From: Staphylothermus marinus F1
GTDB taxonomy: Archaea; Thermoproteota; Thermoprotei_A; Sulfolobales; Desulfurococcaceae
Length of the DNA: 32,000 nucleotides
Direction of reading: 5' to 3'
NCBI RefSeq assembly: GCF_000015945.1
Contig: NC_009033.1
Coordinates: 1 to 32,000 of the forward strand
Under the pieces are notes generated by a model, which saw only the letters and a program-made list of their open reading frames with translations, was not told the origin of the DNA and did no database searches. Positions 18,538 to 26,872 of the stretch are shown here, piece after piece. Positions within the stretch are counted from its first letter, which is position 1. Every line of letters begins with the position of its first letter. Both the position numbers and the translations under genes were made by a program.

Positions 18538-19035
18538 TTGGTGAATGAATTAAAGAGCCAAGAAACTATTACCAGAGAGTCGCCGAAAGATGGGGGAGAT
18601 AGCAAATATAAAATTATACGTTACACTCCATGGCTGATCCATTTCAATACCGGTGCTTGTAATGGCTGTGATATTGAGGTTTTAGCGGCAATTACACCAC
18701 TTTATGACCCTGAGAGATTTGGGATAAAGCTTGCACCAAGCATTAGACATGCCGACATATTAGTGGTTACTGGCGCTGTAACTAAGAAGGCGGCTGAGAG
18801 ATTGAAGAGGCTATATGAACAAATGCCTGATCCAAAATTTGTAGTAGCTGTTGGAGCATGTGCTATTAGTGGTGGGGTCTTTCATAACTCATATAGTGTT
18901 CTAGCCGGGACAGATAAGGTTATTCCAGTAGATATTTATGTTCCCGGATGCCCTCCTAGACCGGAAGCTATCTTGGATGGTATAGTTAAATTGTTGAAGA
19001 GATTAGAGTCAGGTGAAACAAAAGCTGAGAAGTGA
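18538..19035 (+). CDS. mbhJ: Group-4 [NiFe] hydrogenase small subunit (NuoB-like), MbhJ-type
   Basis: Proximal 4Fe-4S ligand motifs CNGCDIE, GACAISGG and PGCPPRPE. Confidence 0.9.
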   Translation: MVNELKSQETITRESPKDGGDSKYKIIRYTPWLIHFNTGACNGCDIEVLAAITPLYDPERFGIKLAPSIRHADILVVTGAVTKKAAERLKRLYEQMPDPKFVVAVGACAISGGVFHNSYSVLAGTDKVIPVDIYVPGCPPRPEAILDGIVKLLKRLESGETKAEK

Positions 19036-19487
19036 TCTATATGAGTTCCGATAAGCTTTCTTTTCTGAGAAAATATTTTGTCTCAGAAGAAATGGTTAAG
19101 CCTAATAGGAAAGTATTTGTTTTTAAAGCTGGAGATTTGAGGAGTTTATTTAAGGATTTAATTGATAATATTGGTTTAGAAAACTTTTATGTGTCAAATA
19201 TTATTGCTACAGATTTTAAGGATCAAGGAAAAATTCGTTTAGACTACTATGTAGTTCTTCTTCCAGGTGAAGAAGTAGTTGTTTTCCGCACATTCATTCC
19301 TAGAGATAAGCCGGAAATTGATACTTTACTAGATATGATACCTGGAGTACTAAACGCTGAGGCTGAAGTCTATGACTTAATGGGTATTGTGTTTAGAGGA
19401 AATAATACACTTAGAAGAGGCTTCTTTGTACCAGTTGATCTTGTTGAGAAAGGTATTTATCCATTGAGAAAAGATGCTGAGGTGTAG
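19032..19487 (+). CDS. mbhK: NuoC-like hydrogenase subunit, MbhK-type
   Basis: NuoC/30-kDa C-terminal signature YDLMGIVFRG...YPLRKD. GTGA stop/start overlap with mbhJ. Confidence 0.85.
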   Translation: MIYMSSDKLSFLRKYFVSEEMVKPNRKVFVFKAGDLRSLFKDLIDNIGLENFYVSNIIATDFKDQGKIRLDYYVVLLPGEEVVVFRTFIPRDKPEIDTLLDMIPGVLNAEAEVYDLMGIVFRGNNTLRRGFFVPVDLVEKGIYPLRKDAEV

Positions 19488-20712
19488 TGAGGTGGCTATA
19501 ACTAAGGTTATAGAGGTACCATACGCTTTAGAAATACCTGTTGGTCCCCAGCATCCAGCTCTTCATGAACCTGTTCTTCTAAAAGCTTATGCTGATGGAG
19601 AAGAAATTGTTAATGTGGAGATTAATACTGGTTATAATCATCGTGGAATCGAGAAGTTAGGCGAGAAAAACACGTTTTACCGCGACATCTTTATAGTGGC
19701 TCGTGTGTGTGGTATATGTAATCTTGTCCACGCTAATTGCTATGTTAGAGCTCTCGAAGAAATACTGGATATGCATCCTAATGAGAGAGCTAAGTATCTC
19801 CGTGTATTGGCTATGGAGTTTGAACGTGTCCACAGCCATATGTTGATCAATGCTGTAATGGCTGAGATCATTGGTTTTGACAGTTTATTCATGAATATTA
19901 TGCTTGATCGTGAAAACATTATGAAGGCTAAAGAAATCATTACGGGAAACCGTGTCTTATCAGACTATATGATGATCGGTGGTGTAAGGAGAGATATTGA
20001 TAGTGTTAAAAAGGATAAACTATTAAAGATCATTGATAAGGTTCTACCTAGGCTACACTACTATAAGAAATTGTTCATGGAAGACGATACTATATTGAAG
20101 AGACTTGTGGATGTAGGAGTTATTAAGAGAAGTGATGTTACAAGATATACTTTTGTGGGTCCACCCGCTAGAGCTTCTGGTGTAAAAATAGATGTGCGCG
20201 TCTCTGAAAAATACGAGGTATACGGCGATATTCCATTCAACATGGTAACTAGAAATGAGGGAGATTCGTGGGCGAGAATGATTGTTCGCTGGGATGAAGC
20301 AATTGAGAGCTTAAACATGGCTAAATACATACTTGAACACTTACCAAATGATGGCAATCCTGTCCCTGATGAGAGAAGGTTGCCGAGAAGATTTCCGCCA
20401 GGAGAAGCTTTTACAAGGGTGGAAGCGCCTCGTGGAGAGTTAACCTATTATGTTATGAGTGATGGCAAACCTAAGCCTTACAGATTAAAGATTAAGACTC
20501 CGAGTTTCACAAACATCATAAACTCTGGATATCTCTACGTTGGGCATACTATAGCTGATTTACCAGTAATACTTGTCTCTCTAGACCCATGTATCTCTTG
20601 TATGGAGCGTGTAACAGTGATTGATCTAGAAAATAATACTCGTAGAAAAGTCCCCATAAAAGAACTTGCAGGAGGTGGCCGGAAACGGGTAAACCCAAGA
20701 TTCTCTCTCTAA
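19474..20712 (+). CDS. mbhL: Group-4 [NiFe] hydrogenase large (catalytic, NuoD-like) subunit, MbhL-type
   Basis: Both Ni-Fe ligand motifs are intact: RVCGICNLVH (19702-19731) and DPCISCMER (20584-20610). An alternative in-frame GTG start lies at 19492. Confidence 0.95.
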   Translation: MLRCSEVAITKVIEVPYALEIPVGPQHPALHEPVLLKAYADGEEIVNVEINTGYNHRGIEKLGEKNTFYRDIFIVARVCGICNLVHANCYVRALEEILDMHPNERAKYLRVLAMEFERVHSHMLINAVMAEIIGFDSLFMNIMLDRENIMKAKEIITGNRVLSDYMMIGGVRRDIDSVKKDKLLKIIDKVLPRLHYYKKLFMEDDTILKRLVDVGVIKRSDVTRYTFVGPPARASGVKIDVRVSEKYEVYGDIPFNMVTRNEGDSWARMIVRWDEAIESLNMAKYILEHLPNDGNPVPDERRLPRRFPPGEAFTRVEAPRGELTYYVMSDGKPKPYRLKIKTPSFTNIINSGYLYVGHTIADLPVILVSLDPCISCMERVTVIDLENNTRRKVPIKELAGGGRKRVNPRFSL

Positions 20713-21083
20713 TACTTAGAAACCTATTAGGTAAACCAGCAACAATAGAGTACCCGAAGAAGGAGACACCTATTGAACCAGATTTCAGAGGTAGACACTA
20801 TGCTGATTTACAGAAATGTATTGGTTGCAGTCTATGTGCTATAGAGTGCCCAGCTGATGCTATTAAAATGACTCCTATACCTAAGGGATACGAGGTTCCT
20901 AAAAAGAATCCTCGCAGGATTTATCCTGTAATAGACTACTTTAGATGCGTATACTGCTATAGATGCGTCTCTGTCTGCCCAGTTAGAGCATATGTTACAA
21001 CTAACGAGTATCGTTTGGCTTCAACTGAGAAGATAACTTCTTCGGATCTAAGTTTGAATACTTTGAAGAAAATAGGGGGCTGA
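20712..21083 (+). CDS. mbhN: NuoI-like 2x[4Fe-4S] ferredoxin subunit, MbhN-type (non-canonical start; 5' end uncertain, ATA 20712 or ATT 20700)
   Basis: The frame is open from 20646 and encodes LRNLLGKPATIEYP...FRG...CIGCSLCAIECP (first cluster) upstream of the only ATG (20868). The second cluster is CVYCYRCVSVCP. No ATG/GTG/TTG precedes the first cluster. Confidence 0.8.
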   Translation: MLRNLLGKPATIEYPKKETPIEPDFRGRHYADLQKCIGCSLCAIECPADAIKMTPIPKGYEVPKKNPRRIYPVIDYFRCVYCYRCVSVCPVRAYVTTNEYRLASTEKITSSDLSLNTLKKIGG

Positions 21084-21088
21084 GCAGA

Positions 21089-21370
21089 TTGGATATGATG
21101 ATTATTCTCCAATTCTTATATGTTATTTTGCCAATATATATTGTAGCATTTATCCTATATACTATTAGAGCTTTGAAGGGGCCTACAATTCCTGATCACG
21201 TTCTTGCTATTGATGCTATGTCGTATGATCTAGCTGCTTTCCTAGTTGTTTTATCAATTATTTTCAGAGAACCAATATTGATCGGGACAGCGATTGTGCT
21301 TGCTTTGTGGATATATTCTCTAGACATATACATTTCAAAGTATTTGGAGAAGAAGGAGGTGGGCGAGTAG
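21089..21370 (+). CDS. mbhB: MrpF/MnhF-like membrane subunit (MbhB-type)
   Basis: RALKGPTIPDHVLAIDAMS matches the MnhF motif R..GPt..DR..A.D. Three-TM 93-aa protein. Confidence 0.8.
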   Translation: MDMMIILQFLYVILPIYIVAFILYTIRALKGPTIPDHVLAIDAMSYDLAAFLVVLSIIFREPILIGTAIVLALWIYSLDIYISKYLEKKEVGE

Positions 21371-21762
21371 TGTTCGAAGATGTACTTGTAGTTATAGGAA
21401 TGATTATGATCGGGATAGGTGCTGTCGCAGACTTGATCGCAGCAATAGGTATGAATAGATTCAAAAACTTCTATTTAAGACTACATGCTGCTACAATTGG
21501 TACTATTTGGGGCGCATTTGTCCCTCTCATTGGTGCATCGTTAATAGCTACTGGATGCGGGTGCTTGGGTATTTATAGGTGGTTTGTTGCTGGTGGTGGG
21601 CTAGTAACTGCGATATTGATCCTGATCTTGGGTCCCGCAGGTAGTCATGCATTAGCTAGGGCATCGCATAGGTCTGGTATTGTACGTGTTGAGCCATGCA
21701 TCATTGATCAATTAGATGAATCCATGTGTGTTAAAGAATCTTCGAGAGGTGGTTCTGAATGA
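21370..21762 (+). CDS. mbhC: MrpG/MnhG-like membrane subunit (MbhC-type)
   Basis: AAIGMNRFKNFYLRLHAATIGTIWG matches the MnhG R.pd.y.R.HA motif. The GTG at 21370 is preceded by GGAGGTG (21355-21361) and overlaps the mbhB stop (TAGTG). The ATG at 21307 would overlap mbhB by 64 nt. Confidence 0.75.
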   Translation: MFEDVLVVIGMIMIGIGAVADLIAAIGMNRFKNFYLRLHAATIGTIWGAFVPLIGASLIATGCGCLGIYRWFVAGGGLVTAILILILGPAGSHALARASHRSGIVRVEPCIIDQLDESMCVKESSRGGSE

Positions 21763-22025
21763 TTGAATCCTATGAATCATTAATGCTACTTATGACAGCT
21801 CTTGCATCACTGTTTTCTGTAGTAGCAGTATATTTAGCAATTACCGAGAAAAACCTTGTTAGAGCTGTTATTTTCTCAGCTGTTCAAAGCACTATTTATG
21901 CTTTCATCTACTATATGCTTATGGCTCCCGATATTGTTCTTGTCTATGTACCTGTTGCTGTTGGTTTGTATCCTGCGGTTATACTTATACTACTAAGCAA
22001 GACTGAGAAGGTGGAGAAGCCATGA
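21759..22025 (+). CDS. mbhD: MbhD-like small membrane subunit (DUF4040 / MrpA-MnhB N-terminal-like)
   Basis: 88 aa and three TM helices, with LMAPDIVLVYV resembling the DUF4040 APDvAL motif. ATGA overlaps on both sides. Confidence 0.6.
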   Translation: MIESYESLMLLMTALASLFSVVAVYLAITEKNLVRAVIFSAVQSTIYAFIYYMLMAPDIVLVYVPVAVGLYPAVILILLSKTEKVEKP

Positions 22026-22816
22026 ATAGAGCTTTGGGAGTATTAGTAATGATATTGTTTATCTTAGCTCTAAGTTTTATAGTAACTTTTGCTGGGCAAT
22101 ATTTTATACCAACGTATAGTGTTCGAGAGCTTGCCGAAAAGTATTTGACGCTAGCATATTATCCTTGGCAACCTAAATCAACAGTGATGTCTCCAGAAGC
22201 TGTGACAAGTATAGTATGGGATTTCCGTGGATTAGATACCGTGTTTGAAACAACGGTTTTCTACCTAGCAATAATTGGATCAATAGCTATGGCTAGGGGC
22301 ACCATCAAATATGTTAAACCACGGGGAGAACTAGGCTTATCATTAATTGTCAAAACTGTTACGAGAATAACTGCTATCATGATAATCGCTGTAGCAGCTT
22401 CCATCGCTTTACACGGACACTTAACTCCGGGCGGAGGATTCCAGGGAGGAGCCACAGCGGCTGTAGCCCCTGTCTTAGTATTGTTTATTTTCTCTCAATA
22501 CTTCCTCATAGAGAGAGGAATTTCTAAGGATACATTACTTATTATTAGAAGTATTGGATTAACAGGTATAGGTTTAGTAGCTATTATAGCTTATCTAATA
22601 GGATGCTTAACTGGAGTCCATGCATATGTTTTACAGAACCAACCTAAACCTGGTGCAGATATTGGTTTGCCAGCATATATAGATGGACAACTTATTAGTG
22701 GTTCTCTATGGTTCTTCAACATATTCGAGTTCTTCGCTGTAATGGCTGGTTTCACAATAGTCTTCCTCCTAATCACTATTCCTGAGAGAGCTTATAGAAG
22801 GGGTGGAGAGAAATGA
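22022..22816 (+). CDS. MnhB/MrpB-domain membrane subunit (MbhE+MbhF-like fusion)
   Basis: VTSIVWDFRGLDTVFETTVF and HLTPGGGFQGG are MnhB-domain hallmarks. At 264 aa it is about the combined size of separate MbhE and MbhF. Confidence 0.8.
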   Translation: MNRALGVLVMILFILALSFIVTFAGQYFIPTYSVRELAEKYLTLAYYPWQPKSTVMSPEAVTSIVWDFRGLDTVFETTVFYLAIIGSIAMARGTIKYVKPRGELGLSLIVKTVTRITAIMIIAVAASIALHGHLTPGGGFQGGATAAVAPVLVLFIFSQYFLIERGISKDTLLIIRSIGLTGIGLVAIIAYLIGCLTGVHAYVLQNQPKPGADIGLPAYIDGQLISGSLWFFNIFEFFAVMAGFTIVFLLITIPERAYRRGGEK

Positions 22817-23223
22817 TCGATCTCAACACTTACTTATTAACAATGGTTGTATTATCAATGATATTTAACCTAGGATTATCTCTATATGGCATATTCTTTA
22901 AGCCGAATCTAGCTAAGAAGATAATAGCATTAACAATATTTGGTGACACAGCTAATACGATGGCTTTAATAGTTGGGTACCGTAGATGGCTTTCACCACT
23001 ACAACCCTCAAGACCCCCGGTCTTAGTGAATTATGCTCAAGCAACAAAGGAGAGTGTACAATACTTTGCAAGCATTGCTGTTGATCCTCTACCACAAGCC
23101 CTTGTTTTGACTGCTATAGTTATCAGCTTGGCAGTAACGCTGTTTCTCGTCTTCCTCGCGCTACAGATCTATAGATTATATGGTACACTAGATATGAGGG
23201 AGGTTAGAAGACTTAGAGGGTGA
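22813..23223 (+). CDS. mbhG: MrpC/MnhC (NuoK-like) membrane subunit (MbhG-type)
   Basis: DPLPQALVLTAIVISLAVTLFL is the MnhC signature. Confidence 0.85.
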   Translation: MIDLNTYLLTMVVLSMIFNLGLSLYGIFFKPNLAKKIIALTIFGDTANTMALIVGYRRWLSPLQPSRPPVLVNYAQATKESVQYFASIAVDPLPQALVLTAIVISLAVTLFLVFLALQIYRLYGTLDMREVRRLRG

Positions 23224-23227
23224 TCAT

Positions 23228-23731
23228 ATGAGGGTTCTTCGAATATTTGTTGTTGCCCTACTAGCTTTTATAACATATATTGTTTTCAGTGGAAGCATAT
23301 CACCATATGATATAGTGTCTGGAATAGTAGTTGCGTTGGTGATAGCTGGGTTTTTCTCGAGCTTCACAATACAGAATCCATTAAAAGTATTTGATCCTAG
23401 GAGATGGTTCTGGCTTATAGTATATGCAATTTATTACTTCTTCGTAGCAGAAGTGAAGAGCCACTTAGATGTAATGTATAGGATAATTCATCCAAGAATG
23501 CCTGTTAATCCAGGGATAGTTATGGTTCCCTATAGTGTTGAATCAGATTATGCTATAACATCCATAGCTAACTCAATAACTAATACTCCGGGAACAGTTG
23601 TTGTTGATATCGATCCTAATAATAAACACTATTATGTTCACTGGATAAATGTTAAGACAACTGATCCCGAAACTGCTCGGAAAATGATATCCTCTAAATT
23701 TGAATATTTCTCGAAAAAAGTATTCGATTAG
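23228..23731 (+). CDS. mbhA: MrpE/MnhE-like membrane subunit (MbhA-type)
   Basis: IANSITNTPGTVVVDID matches the MnhE motif aNsITLTPGT. Two N-terminal TM helices. Confidence 0.85.
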   Translation: MRVLRIFVVALLAFITYIVFSGSISPYDIVSGIVVALVIAGFFSSFTIQNPLKVFDPRRWFWLIVYAIYYFFVAEVKSHLDVMYRIIHPRMPVNPGIVMVPYSVESDYAITSIANSITNTPGTVVVDIDPNNKHYYVHWINVKTTDPETARKMISSKFEYFSKKVFD

Positions 23732-23749
23732 ATTAGGTGGTGAGATAGT

Positions 23750-25339
23750 ATGGATTTGTTCAGGCTAGGATATGACTTGACAGGATTAACAGTCCCAGTA
23801 CTCGCATTGTTTGCTTTCACCCTACCCCTATTAGCTAAAATATTTGGGCATAAGAAGTTTCCAGGAATATATGCTCTAATATCATCAATATTTGCAGCGG
23901 TCTCGTCAACGATAATTTACTGGGTAGCGATAAGTACTGATAAGCCAATAATGTACTTGTTTGGTGGATGGATTCCTCCGTTGGGAATAGTTTATGAAGT
24001 CGATCAATTCAATGCGGTCATTGGATTATTTACTGCATGGTTAATGCTTGGGATCACAATTTATAGTATATGGTATAATAAACACTTCGACGAGCCTGAG
24101 TGGTACTATATTTTATTGATTGGTTTAAATGCTGGAATGCTTGGTTGCCTATATACTGGTGATGTATTCAACTTATTCGTTATGCTGGAAGTACTTGGTA
24201 TATCTGCTTATGCATTAGTAGCTTACTATAAGAATAAACATGAAGCTGTTGAAGCAGCTATCAAATATGGTATTATAGGTGCAACGGCTACAACAGTATA
24301 TTTCATCGGGCTAGTATTAATATATGGAGTTTATGGAACACTAAACATGGCTGACCTAGCTTATAGAAACTATTCGTTATATGTTTCAGGAGTGCCTGGA
24401 TTAGCATCAATTGGTGCTTCAGCACTACTAGCTGTTTCATTATCACTATGGGTTTTCACATATAAATCGGCACTGTTTCCCAACCATTTCTGGTTGCCTG
24501 ATGCTCATCCTGAGGCACCAACACCTGTTTCAGCAGCGTTATCTGGTCTAGTTGTTAATATAGGTGTTTATGCAACGGTCAGATTTCTATATACTCTCTT
24601 CGGAGAGTATTCTCCATTATCAATATATTATAGAGAAATAGTATTGCTTGTGCTGTTAATACTTGGTTTCCTAGGAGGTTTTATCGGCGCATTAATGATG
24701 ATGTATCAGAGAGACATTAAGAGGCTTTTAGCGTATAGTACTATTAGCCATATCGGTTTAATCTACATGGCTGCATCAATAGGTTTCATAACAAATAATG
24801 AAGCAGCAGTACTGCTTGGATTAACAGCTATGACTTATCACATAATAACTCATGGAATAGGTAAAGCCTTGCTTTTCATGTCTAGCGGAGTATTCATCGA
24901 CGCTGCTGGTACTAGGAATATGGATGAAATGAAAGGAGTTGGTAGAAAATATCCATTGGTAAGCTTAGCCTTCATATTTGGGTTCTTAAGCCTTATGGGT
25001 CTTATACCGTTTTCAGGGTTCTTCTCAAAGCTGTTAATATACCAAGCATTTATGGAGGCAAACATGATTATTCCAGCTATTGCTGTGATCATAATATCTG
25101 CTACCAGTATCCTAGGATACGCTAAAGCTATGTACAGCATCGTATTCTCTACATCTAGTAGAGAGTACAGAAAAATAGAGTTGAAAGGGATCGAAATACT
25201 ACTATTATCACTAGCAATAGTATTGTTGTTGCTAGGAATACTCTATCCATGGATCAAGAATTCTATTTATTCATCTATTTACTCATCACTTTCAACCGGA
25301 GGTGTAATGAAGTATTGGTCTGTTCTCGGAACAAAATAA
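23750..25339 (+). CDS. mbhH: MrpD/NuoL-M-N-like antiporter-type subunit (MbhH-type)
   Basis: FWLPDAHPEAPTPVSAALSG is the conserved proton-pumping-subunit motif. 529-aa polytopic protein. Confidence 0.9.
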   Translation: MDLFRLGYDLTGLTVPVLALFAFTLPLLAKIFGHKKFPGIYALISSIFAAVSSTIIYWVAISTDKPIMYLFGGWIPPLGIVYEVDQFNAVIGLFTAWLMLGITIYSIWYNKHFDEPEWYYILLIGLNAGMLGCLYTGDVFNLFVMLEVLGISAYALVAYYKNKHEAVEAAIKYGIIGATATTVYFIGLVLIYGVYGTLNMADLAYRNYSLYVSGVPGLASIGASALLAVSLSLWVFTYKSALFPNHFWLPDAHPEAPTPVSAALSGLVVNIGVYATVRFLYTLFGEYSPLSIYYREIVLLVLLILGFLGGFIGALMMMYQRDIKRLLAYSTISHIGLIYMAASIGFITNNEAAVLLGLTAMTYHIITHGIGKALLFMSSGVFIDAAGTRNMDEMKGVGRKYPLVSLAFIFGFLSLMGLIPFSGFFSKLLIYQAFMEANMIIPAIAVIIISATSILGYAKAMYSIVFSTSSREYRKIELKGIEILLLSLAIVLLLLGILYPWIKNSIYSSIYSSLSTGGVMKYWSVLGTK

Positions 25340-25363
25340 CATGTTCTAAGAGGGTGGTGATAA

Positions 25364-25726
25364 ATGTTCGTATATGAGATTAGATATGCTGATCCGGGAC
25401 TTATAGCTTTATATTTATCTTTATACATGTTAACTGGATTCATCATATTATTCATTATATTGCTTCTTGTCCAATCAAAGAAAAGAAGAGTAACCGATAT
25501 GTACTTGTCTGGTGAGCCGGAAAGCGTTGTTAAAGAGCCAACACCTGGCCCCGGTAACTTATACTGGGGCTTTATGAAAAGGTTTGCTAAGAGATTATAT
25601 GGTTATTTATTGAATCGCATGCATACTGGTAGTCTACAGGATTGGGTAGACTTTATGTTTTCATGGTATGGATTATTGTTGATTATATCGATCGTTTTGG
25701 GAATAATATATGTTGTTATTAGGTGA
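25364..25726 (+). CDS. Small two/three-TM subunit, MbhI-like by position
   Basis: 120 aa with N- and C-terminal TM helices flanking an amphipathic segment (YLSGEP...WGFMKRFAKRLYGYL). The assignment rests on position and architecture only. Confidence 0.45.
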   Translation: MFVYEIRYADPGLIALYLSLYMLTGFIILFIILLLVQSKKRRVTDMYLSGEPESVVKEPTPGPGNLYWGFMKRFAKRLYGYLLNRMHTGSLQDWVDFMFSWYGLLLIISIVLGIIYVVIR

Positions 25727-25732
25727 GATGGA

Positions 25733-26722
25733 ATGGAGGAACTAATAATGTGGTTTATTACATTATTGATATTTCCAGGAGCGCTATTTATTTTTTCATT
25801 AGCACTATTCACAGAATATCTTTTCAGAAAATTAAGTGCTAGAATGCAGAAAAGAATGGGTCCAACATATGTTGGGCCTGCAGGTATACTTCAGCCCCTA
25901 TATGATTTATGGAAACTACTGCATGTAAAAGAAGAAGTTGTAAACAAGTATAGTATGCCGATGTTGGCGAAGATTTTTGGTTTACTTGGATTATCAGCAG
26001 CAATAGCTGTCCTGCCATTATTTCCGCTGAGCCCACTTAGAATTTATGGAGACTATGATTTCCTAGTATATATGTACATATGTTGTCTATGGATACCTTT
26101 CATGATGATATTGATGAGCTTATCTATGCCCGGCCCCTATACTAGTGTAGGTGTGTCACGGATATTAACATTCGTAACAATTTGTGAACCAGCATATTTC
26201 ACAGCATTATTGGTTCCTGTTGCAATAACGAGTAAGAATGCATCACCGATCTATAGTGTATTCACGGCATCCAAGAATATTTGGCAATATTGGATTAACC
26301 CATACACTTTCCCATTACTCTTATTAGCACTGATCTCAGCAATAGTGAGCCTACAAGCTAAAGGCATGCTTCAACCATTCAATATACCCGAAGCCGAACA
26401 AGAGATCATAGCGGGTTTTGAAACAGAATTCTCAGGCCCAATTCTAGGAATAGGCCGTTTATTACACGATCTAGACATAACTATAACAATTATAGCAATA
26501 GTATACATACTCCTTGGAGGACCATACCCATACCCGCATCTATCAATACCAGGTGTTATCATATTAGTAGCTAAATATTTAGGAATAGTTCTACTAGTAG
26601 CCATAGTTAAGAACGCTTTCGGAAGATATAGAATAGAACAAGCATTATACGTGCTATTTAAATACTCACTAATACCAGCAATAATAGCAACTATACTCAC
26701 ATACATATATCTACTGATCTAG
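25733..26722 (+). CDS. mbhM: NuoH/HycD-like membrane subunit (MbhM-type)
   Basis: RKLSARMQKRMGPTYVGPAGILQPLYDLWKL is the NuoH N-terminal signature. 329-aa polytopic protein. Confidence 0.85.
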   Translation: MEELIMWFITLLIFPGALFIFSLALFTEYLFRKLSARMQKRMGPTYVGPAGILQPLYDLWKLLHVKEEVVNKYSMPMLAKIFGLLGLSAAIAVLPLFPLSPLRIYGDYDFLVYMYICCLWIPFMMILMSLSMPGPYTSVGVSRILTFVTICEPAYFTALLVPVAITSKNASPIYSVFTASKNIWQYWINPYTFPLLLLALISAIVSLQAKGMLQPFNIPEAEQEIIAGFETEFSGPILGIGRLLHDLDITITIIAIVYILLGGPYPYPHLSIPGVIILVAKYLGIVLLVAIVKNAFGRYRIEQALYVLFKYSLIPAIIATILTYIYLLI

Positions 26723-26872
26723 TCAGCCATGCAAAGGGTGTTTTACAAAAATAGAATCAGATCTTGATCACGAAGAGATTTCATAAAAAGACGAGGCCGT
26801 GATAAGAAGGAATCTAATATTATCATAATTATAATTTATTGATACATATAGCGTATAGGAGAGAAATAAACA

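Noticed and set aside
18402-18605. 67-aa minus-strand ORF spanning the mbh promoter and the 5' end of mbhJ.
   Set aside because: It overlaps the divergent promoter and the hydrogenase small-subunit start and has no recognisable features. It is probably spurious.
20640-20715. Programmed frameshift fusing MbhL to MbhN.
   Set aside because: I recognised no slippery heptamer. MbhL already carries a plausible complete C-terminal tail, and the large subunit and NuoI-like subunit are separate polypeptides in the known enzymes. Non-canonical (re)initiation at the TAATA junction is the simpler explanation. The frameshift cannot be excluded without data.
20868-21083. ATG at 20868 as the start of the NuoI-like subunit (the 71-aa ORF in the track).
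   Set aside because: It would remove the conserved N-terminus and the first CxxCxxCxxxCP cluster, which are encoded in-frame immediately upstream with no intervening stop.
21307-21369. ATG at 21307 as the start of the MrpG-like gene.
   Set aside because: It would overlap the MrpF-like gene by 64 nt. The GTG at 21370 has a GGAGGTG motif 8 nt upstream and the TAGTG stop/start overlap typical of this operon.
18538-26722. Possibility that the cluster is an Mbx/MBS-type sulfane-sulfur reductase or a complex-I-like enzyme rather than a hydrogenase.
   Set aside because: The large subunit retains both complete Ni-Fe ligand motifs (RVCGICNLVH and DPCISCMER). Only one MrpD-like subunit is present, and hyp maturation genes are nearby.
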